DNA of 64,000 bases from Monocercomonoides exilis PA203 (lineage: Eukaryota > Protista > Preaxostyla), in NCBI GenBank assembly GCA_001643675.2, contig LSRY02000014.1, positions 1,795,849-1,859,848 of the forward strand, in the 5' to 3' direction. Numbering within the stretch: the first letter of the stretch is position 1; every line of letters begins with the position of its first letter. Shown here piece by piece: positions 1 through 10,600 of this stretch. The notes under the pieces are model-generated. The model was not told where the DNA came from, searched no databases, and saw only the letters and a program-made list of their open reading frames with translations. The position numbers and the translations under genes are program-made.

Positions 1-1490
1 CAAATAAGCGCTGAGAGAAGGAAATGAACTTTGAGGAGATGATTTGGAAGAGGAAGAAGGAGGAGATGGAGGAGGTGAAAGTGAACGACGAATGGAAGAA
101 GAAGAAAGAGAAATAGTTTTTGGCTTTTCAGGAGTAGAAATTGAAGAAATGGCAGAGCAGAGCTCAGAAATCAGGATGTTTGGAATGTTTGAAGCAGAAA
201 GCTGTTCAAAAAAGATTTCTGATTCCTTTTTGGAAGAGAAAGAAGAAGTTGAAAAGAAGAGAATGAGGAAATAAAGAATGTCGATTGAACGTTTAGACAA
301 CTCGAGAAGAGAAGAATCTGATGAACGAAGAACGGAACTTTGTTCTGCAGAAAGAGGATTAAAACGGAGTGCAATAGAAGAAGATGATGAAGATGAAGAT
401 GATTGAGAGGAAGGAACAAAGAAAAAGGAAGCTAGAAATGGCATGATTCCAGACTGAATAAGTTGAAATGGATGGATTGTGAGTGTAATTATTGAGTCAT
501 AAATGTTCTCGAGAAGAGCTGTAATATTTGTTGATTTTCTATAATAGTTTATGTACAAAATGGAAATGAAATAAATAAATCAAAAGAGAAATATTTTAAT
601 AATCTTTAATGAATCATGCAATTAGCCGTTTATCTTTCAAACCTGCATATATCCACAAATATCTTTTTCCAACTTGTTTCATTTGTATGGCGTGATAATA
701 ACAGAGACACGGCTTTTGCTCGTATTTGCCCATTTGCATCAAAAACGCAATTCTTTAAAAACTGGATAAATGGAAGTAAAGAATAATCCTCTTTAAATTC
801 TTTTGAATGGTTCCCAAATTTATGAATACTTTCTTCGTTTTTTAACGAATCATTAATACCACAAGGAAAAATGTAATATATCACATCCAAAAATGATTCG
901 ATTAATCTGATATTTGATATGTTTTTATTTTTCTTCTGCCAGCAAGAAACAAATAATTCTGTTTCTTGAAGAGCTTCAAGAATATCAAGAATTCCGCATT
1001 CTAAAGCTTCGGTCCTGTTGTATTCTGAAATTTTAATCAAATCTCTAAATTTCCGACATTAGAAAAAATAAAAAAACAACATTAAAGATATTACACAGAA
1101 ATTTTGAAAAAAAAAATACCGAATTCCATCTAATGCAAAAACTGTATCATTCAACTCTCCAGTCTAAAGAAGATTGTTAATAAATGATAAATAAATCAAA
1201 ATTCTTGAACATGAAAAATAGAAATTATTCAAACATTCAACACTTCGACAAGAAGCTCTAAAATTTTTTCAACAGATAATTCTTCAATTCCTTCATCAAA
1301 ATCTTGTTTGAGATATCCTATTTTGATTTCATTATAGAATCGTATCTATAGAGAGATATTTGTAAAAGATAACTAATTGAATATCTGTGGAAAAACCTTC
1401 GTTTCTTGTGGGTAATCGCCAACAAGCACAGAAATAAAAGCTTTTAGATCTACTGATGTTTCGCCTTCCGTTTTGCCTCGGTCTCACCTT
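1..1490 (-). CDS. Multi-exon hypothetical helical/ARM-like protein; 3' part runs off the window start; exon structure only partly resolved
   Basis: Minus-strand coding blocks (about 1-535, 630-1040, 1110-1165, 1235-1345) separated by AT-rich GT..AG introns. The exon at 1-535 is open to the window edge and reads 'IHPFQLIQSGIMPFLASFF', loosely like the 'S.FEF..SG.V..LL.YL' motif of TRIP12/UPL-type HECT ligases (weak). Confidence 0.4.
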
Positions 1491-2685
1491 CAAAAACAAA
1501 AAATGAAATAAAAAAATAAATAACAATGTAATGGGTACTTTTTTTATTAATATGGTCCAACAAATGTTTCATAATGATTATGCAAATAAAATAATTGCAC
1601 TGATGTCATTAGCAACGAAATTGCAAATACGTCTTTTAAATTACATAAAAATTTGTGTTTATCCGCTGTGATGAAAACTTATTTATAACAAATAACTCCA
1701 TCATCCATTAAAAAATTTTCAAAAGTTTTTTCCATCCAATTGGATGATATTTTTTGAAGAAACAAGTTTCTGAAATTTTAAATTTTAAAAAATTCCACTT
1801 TTAATTTATAATTTTTATTTTTTTTTCCGCAAAAAAAAAAGGACTATTTAAATTAGCCTTTTTGTTTGATAGAATATTTTACTCTTTGAGCAGTATTTTT
1901 CAAATAAAAATTTTGAAATTATCAATTTGGAACTATTTTCGGTTTGAAATTCACATATTAATTCGTTTTTGAAGACAGGATGGATCAGTATTTTTGTTTT
2001 TTTTTTTTTTTTTTTTTTGAAATGCATGTATTGTTTTATTTTCATTTTCACCTGAAAATTGAGCAAAAGTGATTATTCAAAAGAAACATGCCAAATATTA
2101 CAACTTTTGAAAAAGTCTAATTTGAATGATTTTCAGTCCAAATCCATATTGGTGTCAAGAAATAAAATTTTGATATCAATCACTCGAAATTTTCTTCGAA
2201 GCTCAGCAATAGTAACTTATCTTTCCATTATGAAACAGCTTGAATTGCTGAAAAATATAATGATTCAAAAGCTAAAATTGAAAAAAAAATTGTCAAAATT
2301 TGTAAAACATCAGAATGATGGTTTTCATTTTTCTAAAAAGTACAAAGCAATTTAAAACAAAAAACAACATACATTCATTAAAGAAATGTTCACTACAAAT
2401 AATTATTATTTTTTTCACAAAGAAATAAACATGGTGCATAATTCTAACTTTTCGAATAAAATCACATTTTAATCTAATTGGCAAATTCGCGTTATATCGG
2501 ACATTGAGAAATTGATTTTTATGTGTATAGAAATGTTTATTAACTATATATATCAATGTTTTGGATATTAAAAAAGCGTGGAAGTTTGTCAAAATCGAGT
2601 TTTTAATTTTTCTTATTTTAAAAAAAAAATGATAGTGGTACAATGATAAAAAATTGAAAAATTGAAAAATTATAAATTGTAATTA

Positions 2686-4002
2686 TTTATCCACCCATTT
2701 CGATGCATCAGCACCATCAGATAATCCCAAGCTGTCTAAATTTTTTTGAAAAGTTCCTTTTGTTAGATTTTCAAATAATATAATAATTTCATGTTTCGAT
2801 CAAATTTCTGTTCCCACTCACTAAATTTCTCTGTCATGAAAGTTAAATCTTGATATTGATTTTATATTCATTCTCATGAAATCTGGTGACTGAAAACAAA
2901 AATTTGATCGAAATATGAAATTTTTATTCAATTTTTAAATTAAACGAAAGGAACTTTACAAAAAAATTTAAACAGCTGTCTGTTGATTCATCTTTTTTCT
3001 CATTGGAAGATTCTGAAAAATCAAAATCATCAATATCTGGAATATTTTCATATGTTAATTCGTCGTCTGCTTCTTCATACTGTTCTTCCAGAATTTGTTC
3101 TTCGATTTCCTCTTCCTTTCTGTAAACGATCATGTGTACAAAATCTTGAAAAGAGAGTTGTTTTGTATTTTTCACCATCCAAAATGCTAGATAATCTTCC
3201 AAAAACCGTTCTCTGACACCATGTTTTGGGAAAAACCCCGCAAATGCGACCACATACCCTCTATCGTGTTTGTACAAGCTCCGCTCAGAGGATTTTCAAA
3301 ATTTCTCTTATGACAGACTGTTTTATGAATGTATCCGAATGCTTCCAGTGATGAATAGGCTTTCCATTCATCACTCATGATAGTTGTGCCTGGCAAAATG
3401 TGCTGTCTGATTATCGGAAGAAGAGTTTTTGCAGATCTGTCAGAAACAATATTGATGAATTTCTTCTTAATTTCTTTTTTATTTTCTGTCCTTTCTATCC
3501 CACCGAAAATCCAAATTTGCTTTTTCTTTCTCCCCCTTTTATATTTTCTTCGTCTCCATTCGCACTCATCAATCTCTACAATAACCCCATCACCTCACAG
3601 TTTGATTGGATTGTTGTTGATAAAATCCATGCTAGCACTTATTAACACACAGCTCCAGTAGCCAACAACTGAATCATGCAAATCAAGCATTTTTTGGATG
3701 TTTGATTGCGAAATCCCAAGCCAAAGAAACAAGATGATGAGTTAAAACTTATTTATTCCACACTTTGAATTCTCCAAATTAGTTCCTTTGTACACTGATT
3801 TTTTTGTTGCACATTTTCTACATGTCCAATACCTATAATTTGCTCCTTCTTTCACCAAAACCTTCTTTTTCTTATGAATTCTGCAATCTGGACTTTTGTC
3901 TTCCAGAATGTGATGAAAAAACAAATCCCATGCTGTTTCTTCTTTTATAAATGTACAAATTTTACTGAATACAGAATATTTCTTTTCCCTTGGGTATGCC
4001 AT
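2686..4002 (-). pseudogene. Merlin transposase pseudogene
   Basis: Motifs WTCRKC (Zn ribbon), VEIDE, WIFGG, DRSAKTLLPII, PGTTIMSDEWKAY, HKTVCH, TNTIEGMWS, acidic tail. Disrupted by in-frame stops (about 3742 and 3600), a frameshift near 3240, and a MITE inserted in the tail. Confidence 0.92.
2734..2973. mobile_element. ~240-bp MITE nested in the Merlin transposase 3' end
   Basis: Long imperfect TIRs GTCTAAATTTTTTTGAAAAGTTCCTTT...AAAGGAACTTTACAAAAAAATTTAAAC. 4-bp TSD AGCT (2730-2733 and 2974-2977). Removing it restores ...DESTDS-LGLSDGADASKWVDK*, which matches the copy-2 tail SSSLSVTDGANTSEWTDDE*. Confidence 0.88.
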
Positions 4003-4564
4003 TTTTGATCATTGTTTGTTTTTCAATAACCCTAAATAGGAACATACCCATAAATTGTAATATTTTCGAAACATTTTTTAATTTTTAACAAAACGTTTTC
4101 CGCGCCTTAAAACTATTTTTAAAATGAATTAGATACACATTTAAGTATATCAGACGCGAAAAAACTGAAATTTTCGTTGTCCGATATAACGCGATCATGC
4201 CATCTAATTTTTTCCTGTGTTCTAATGGAAACAAATTTTTCAAAATAATTCAAAAAACAGACAAACAGACAAACAAACAAACAAAAAAAAAAGCTCTGGT
4301 TTTTTTTTAGATTTATCAGAAAAAGAATTGATATTAAATCTATTATTATCTTCATTATTTCATTATTCGATTTGGATACAATGTTTTCAACAACGAATAT
4401 GACTATCTTGATAACGTATATTGTTTGTCATATGTTTTTCGTATTGATAGTTCATTAAAAAAAAAGAAACATAAAAAAAAAAGTATATTGCTTCAATTCA
4501 TTTTTTTGCACAACGAAAAATCTTTTATCAGAAACATCAAAAATAAAAAAAAATTTTGTTATTT

Positions 4565-4804
4565 GGGTGATTCTTTTTGAAACGTCACAAATGCTTAATT
4601 TTCAAATACTTCAAAAATTTCATATTTTGCTAAAATTTCTGTTTCAACTCACGAATTTTCTTATGAATGTTTGAAATAGCATTATCAAGTAACAGATTCC
4701 ATTTAAGTAAAGTTTGATATTTGTTTACAAAATATTTGGCAAAATATTAAATTTTAGATCCGTTTGAAAATTAAACATTTGTGACTTTTCAAAAAGAATC
4801 ACCC
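4565..4804. mobile_element. ~240-bp MITE, related subfamily
   Basis: TIRs GGGTGATTCTTTTTGAAACGTCACAAATGCTTAATTTTCAAA and TTTGAAAATTAAACATTTGTGACTTTTCAAAAAGAATCACCC. 4-bp TSD ATTT. Shares the internal motif AAATTTCTGTT..ACTCAC.AA with the other MITEs. Confidence 0.85.
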
Positions 4805-5209
4805 ATTTTCACATTATTATTGCTTTCATGAATAATAAAATAATTTTTTCTTAACTTTTTCTCCATCGTATCATTTATAATCCAACATTCCCTCTCATAT
4901 AAATACAGAATATTTGCAATTTGTGTGAAATGAAAGAAATAATTTCGTGATATTAAATTCAAAAAGAAAAAAAATATCCTCGCATTCTTAGAAGATTAAG
5001 ATGATGAAAATTGTTTCTGGAAAATTTATCTGAAAGCAAAATTTACAATTGTCAATAATAATTGGTTTCATTAGAAAACATTATGTTGTGTATTATTCTC
5101 GCAATATCTCTCATGATAATTAATCAACTTTTTTTGATAATGATCATAATCCCAGATTTATATTTTCTTATTACAGCAACTCATTCCTGAGGTCGTTGTT
5201 TTGAAGTAA

Positions 5210-7451
5210 ATGGAAAGAGAAAGACGTACGCCTCAACAAAGAGCACCAAAAACCCCAGTTCAACAACCACAACAACATCCTCCCCCCAAGAAGCAAACAT
5301 CATCTTGGAGAACAATCATACTCATTTCAGCTTTGTGCTTTTTTGTGGGATTTATCGGATATCTATCTTATTCCTTAATTCATCTTAACAAATCCTCTTG
5401 CCCACCTCCTAGTTCTGTTAGTGCTGGACCTGCTTCATGCTCACCAGACTTCACAAAGCGGAAGCAATCTTTCATGAACAAGTACGGAGATATTTATGGT
5501 TATGGAGGATTAATAGATGAAATTAGAAAAACGCAGATGCCACATCTTAAAGGTATCATAGAAATACTAATCGTTATATATTTTTTTTATAATACAAAAT
5601 AAATTTTTAATTTAGGGCAAACTTACGTGGATTACACCGGATCTGGAGTTTATCAACTTGGGCAATTGGAAGCAGTAATGAAAGATTTGAAAAATCATCT
5701 TTATGGAAATCCTCATAGCATTAATCCATCATCACTAGCATCTGAAAAAGTTGTTAAAGATGCCAGGTTGGAAGTTCTTCGCTATTTCGAAGCAGATCCA
5801 AATGAATATACCGTCATATTCACTTCTGGTACGACTGCATCGCTGAAAATGATTGGTGAGACATTTCCATGGACTTCTAACTCGACATTTTTGTACACTC
5901 GATCAAATCATAACTCTGTTCTTGGTATTCGTGAGTACGCACTGGACAAAGGAGCGACATTTGACTGCATCGACGTGTCTACGCTTATGTCTGAGTATGC
6001 TGCGCGGACGCAGTCTGAACTGGCGAAAACGGGCGGGACCGACGACACGATGCATCTCTTTGCATACCCTGCAGAGTGCAACTATTCCGGCGAGAAATTC
6101 AACCTGGATCTGATTGAGATGTTCCACAACGGCTCGCTGGGAATGAAAAAAGGGAAGTATTTTGTGCTTCTCGACGCAGCGGCGTTTGTGCCGACGTCCC
6201 GCCTGAATCTGACGAGGTACCATCCAGATTTCGTGGGCATATCGTTTTACAAGATGTTTGGCTACCCTTCTGGATTGGGAGCATTGATCATAAGAAATGG
6301 TGTGTTTGAGGAAAGATTTGGTTTTTTTTTCGTTTACGAAAGAAAAATAAAAAATAAAATTATGTTTTTCTTTCTAACATTTGAAGATATTTATATATTT
6401 TTTTTATCAAAATTACTAATTGATTATTATCAACTCATTTTTCTATCTTTTCATGCATCCATATTCCAACTTCCCTTCCTTTCTCTTTCTCTCTCTCATT
6501 CATTCATTCTCTTCTCAAACCAACATATTTTTTCATTCCCTTCCCATTTTCTCCCTCCCTCCTCTCCCACCTCCTTTTCAGAAGCCGCACAATATCTCCG
6601 AAAGACCTTTTTCTCCGGCGGAACCGTCTCTCTCTCTGTGGCTGATGACACCTTCTATCAATGGATGCCTGAGTTATGCCAGCGCTTCGAAGACGGAACG
6701 CTTCCTTTCCTGTCCATTGCTGCTCTGCGACACGGCTTCAATGCACTGAACAGCGTTGGGGGAATTGACGAGATCACAAAACATTGCTTTTCATTGAGTG
6801 ATTATTTGTACAATGAAATGAGGAATATGAAACATGACTCCGGGAAGCCGTTGTTTGAGATATATGGCAATCACTCAGCAAGAGATATGCACAGACAGGT
6901 TTGGAAATGAATGAACTTTTGTTTATTTAGCTTTTTTGAGGGGAAAGAATATTTCTTGTCTTAATTGAAAATGTAATTTTCTTATTGCACCAATTTATTT
7001 TTGTTTTTGATTTCAACACATTATATTTCCTTCATAATTAAAATATTCTTCATATTTTATTTTTAATATTTTATTATTTTTTAAGGGACCCATTCTCAAT
7101 TTCAACCTTCGTGATGCTGATGGAGAATACTTCGGCTTCTTCGATATTTCCGTTCTTGCCGCCGAAAAGGGCATCCATCTCCGCACTGGATGCTCCTGCA
7201 ACCCAGGCGCTTGTTATGACTTTCTGCATGTTCCAAAGTCCTTAATTAAGAACACTGTTGCGCATATCGCCCATAATTCGTGCGGTGAGAGATTGGATAT
7301 CGTATCTGGCCATCCCATTGGATCTATCCGTGTGTCATTGGGTTATTTGACTACTTTTGAGGATGTTGAAAACGTGCTCGCTTTCTTTAAACCATTTCTC
7401 AATAAAACTAATCAGCAATTTTTGGATGAAGTTGCTCTCTTACACAATTAA
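5210..7451 (+). CDS. Molybdenum cofactor sulfurase-like PLP enzyme (class V aminotransferase/NifS-like domain only) with an N-terminal transmembrane helix; about 569 aa, 4 exons
   Basis: Exons 5210-5552, 5616-6299, 6582-6898, 7086-7451 splice in frame. Motifs YVDYTGSG, GNPHS, FTSGTT, NHNSVLGIRE, LLDAA, SFYKMFGYPSGLGAL (PLP lysine), RFEDGT, LRTGCSCNPGAC (catalytic Cys loop), RVSLG. TM segment IILISALCFFVGFIGYLSYSLI. No MOSC domain before the stop. Confidence 0.88.
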
Positions 7452-7675
7452 CCATCTCAATTATTCTTGTTTATTCTGAACTTTTTCTTTTTTCCATTTA
7501 GCGACTTTAATATTTTTTTTTTCACAGTTTCTTGACAATCGCGTAAAATAATAAGTATATCATTTATATCATTTTAGTGATTTATTATTTAAAATATGAA
7601 CAATTTCTAACTTCAAATTGATCAATGAATACCATTATTTTGCATGATTTTTTAGAAATAGTACTTTTAAAGACT

Positions 7676-10600
7676 ATGCATCAACTACAAAATAAGCTCT
7701 GGACGCTGAAAGTTCGTGTTTTATTTTGTATAGATTCATCTCTTATCACTGGTAAATATCGGCCACTTCCACTTCCAGTTTGATGATCTTAAAAATTTTT
7801 GATAATATTGAACTATTGAAAATTTGTACATAAACTTTACAAAACTGTCCTTTTCCGCTAGATGAAACTTTCATTTTCTTCATATTTTCCATTGGTTATG
7901 CCAACCGTTCATAAATATTTACAACAATTTGTTCCTGATGCCGATATAAAATCTGTGTGGCTTTCGTACAATGGAAAACCTTTGGAATGGTGTGTGAATT
8001 TATAAATTTCTGTTATTGGAAAAGTTAAATTTTTGTAGGCGCCATCCTATTGGAGTTCTTTACGATGTTCACGTTTCAAGTTCTCAAAACAAAAAGGATT
8101 TCAAGGAAGGATCTCCACCATTGTGGCATGTCACTGTTCACTGTGGATCATTTCCTCATGATGATGTTATGAGTTTGTTTGATAAGCAAACGATGATGTT
8201 TTGGTATCGTTCATCATGCAAGGAAGCACTTCATTTACGCTATCGTGTAACGGATGATGTGAACATGGCAAAAGATTCTGACCTAAATGAGATGTTTGAA
8301 GCTGCTACAAGTGGTTTGCCCATATGCTTGTAAAATATTTTCATTCCCCCAATATTATTGAAATAAAAAATAATAATTATTTTGTTCCAAATCCATTTCA
8401 ATTGATTAGCTTCTTTAACAAATTTTAGAAGATATTTCAGCAAGTCATTTTTGAGCCGAGCATCAAAAATATCACCCGCTTTTCTGCACAAAAAGGCGTC
8501 TCCAGCCATCCGCATTTTTGTGATGACGAATTCATCTTCTCATTCGAATGAAGCGAATTTGAGTGAAAATGCTTCAGAAAAGGCAGACGAAACAAGCAAC
8601 GAGAGGAAAATGGATGGGAAATACTATCAGTTTGCGATAGACAGAGAGAAGTTTGACTGGATGGGGGCAAAAGAAGAGGAGAAAGAGGAAGAGAAAACTG
8701 AAAGTTCTGAAGAAGAAGAAGAGGGGGAAGAGGAAGATGAAGAAGAAGAAGAGAGAGAAGGAAATATTGTTGGAAAGAAAGCGAATTATGAAGTTATTTA
8801 TGATGGAGGAATAAACAGCATAAGGGATGATAAATATGAAGGAAGGGAGAATACAAAAGGAAGAGAAAGAGAAAGAGAAAGAGGGAGAGAAAGAGGGAGA
8901 GAAAGAGGGAGAGAAAGGGGGAGAGGGAGAGAAAGAGGAAGAAGAGGAAGAGGAAGGAGAAGAGAAGGAGAAGGAGAAGGAGAAGAAAGAAAAGAAAAAG
9001 AAGAAGAAGAAGATTATAACGAACATGTGATGGTTGATGAGGAATTCAATGAAGATAGTTTAGAAGGTGTATATGTTGACAATGAAGAAGGGGAAGGAGA
9101 AGGAAGAGAAGGAGAAGGAAAAGCGAAAAAAAGCAAAGAAACGAAAGAAACGAAAGAAACGAAAGAAACGAAAGAAGAATATGAAGATTTTTCTTCTTTT
9201 TCTTCATTTTCTTCTCGTGTTACTCTTCTTGATTATCTTCATTTTTGCCTCCCAGAATTATTTCCGATAAACACCAAACAATATTTTAATATGAAACAGC
9301 TTTGCCGGCAGAATAAAACAGGCGGAAAAGGGAAAAAACACAAAAAAAGCAGAAAACTTTCTTCTTCTCTTAATTCTTCATTGAATTCTTCTTCTTCCAC
9401 TTCCTCTTTAAATTCTTCTTCTTCCTCTTCTTCTTCTTCTTCCAAAAGAAAGAGGAAAAAACGCCATCTTTCTCAGTCTTCCTCTTCTCCCACAGTTCAT
9501 TCCCATTCTTCTTCTCATTCACATCATTCTTCTTCCTCTTCTGCTGTTCGTATTCGCCCTACCCCTCCTCCTTCCACTCCTCTCCCCACAAATCTCTCTT
9601 CTCTCTCTTCTTCTCCTTCTTCTCCGTCTTTCCCTTCTTCTCCTTCTTTCCCTTCCTCTTCCTCTTCCTCCTCTTTCTCTTCTTCTTCTTCTTCTTCTTC
9701 TTCTTCCTCCTCTTCTTCTTCTTCCTCCTCTTCTTCTCCTTCCACCAACCTCTATTTCTCCGCTTCTCTGCAATCTAATTCTCCGATTTCTCCGAATTCT
9801 CCGAATTCTCCACAGTCTTTCTCTTCTTCTCTCTCTCATTCTCTCTCTCATTCGCATTCGCCTTCTTCCTTCTCCAATTCCCGCACAAACACTTTGTCTT
9901 CCCACAGCTCATACAAAACCCCTCCTCCTTCTCCTCCTCCTTCGTACGCCCCAAATATCACTTCTCTTGTTTTCTCTCCTTCTTCTTCTTCCTCTTCTTC
10001 TATTTCTTCTTCTGTTATTTCTTCTTCCTCTTCTTCTTCTTCTCCCCCTTCCTCTTTCTCCTCTCCTCTTTCTTCTCCTTCTCAATCTCCTTGTTCTTCT
10101 CTTTCTTCTTCTTCTTGTTTTCTCTCTTCTTCTCTCTCTTCTTCTACTTCTTTCCAATCAAACCTCACTTCTTCTTTTTCTTCTCCTTCTTCTGCTGTTT
10201 TCCCTCAAAAAGACACAAAACAAACAGAAAATGAAAATTCTTCTTCTTCTTCTTCTCTTCCTTTCTCACTCACTTCTTCTTCCTCCTCCTCCTCTTCTTC
10301 TCATTCTCATTCTTCTTCTCTTTCCTCTTCCTCTTCTTCTTCTTCTCCTCCTCCTCCTCCCTCTGCTCCTCTGAACAGACTTTCTACTTCTTTCTCTTCT
10401 TCTCTTCGTCCTCATCTTCCTCGCTTGTCTCAACAATCTCCTCAATTCATCGTCTCTTTCACTCCTTTTTCTCGCTCGAATAATCCAAATAATTCTAATT
10501 CTAATTCTTCTTCTTCTGATTTTCTTCAGTTTATTTCTCCTTCTCCTTCTCCTTCTCCTTCTCCTTCTCCTTCTCCTTCTCCTTCTCCTTCTCCTTCTCC

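Larger units (their letters stand above)
2480..4201 (-). mobile_element. Merlin DNA transposon copy 1 (IS1595/ISXO2-like DDE transposase), inactive
   Basis: TIRs GGCAAATTCGCGTTATATCGGACA (2480) and TGTCCGATATAACGCGATCATGCC (ends 4201), with weaker similarity extending about 120 bp. Perfect 8-bp TSD ATCTAATT at 2472-2479 and 4202-4209. Contains a transposase pseudogene. Confidence 0.93.

Noticed and set aside
1733-1746. Perfect 14-bp palindrome CATCCAATTGGATG
   Set aside because: A few palindromes of this length are expected by chance in 64 kb, and there is no supporting context.
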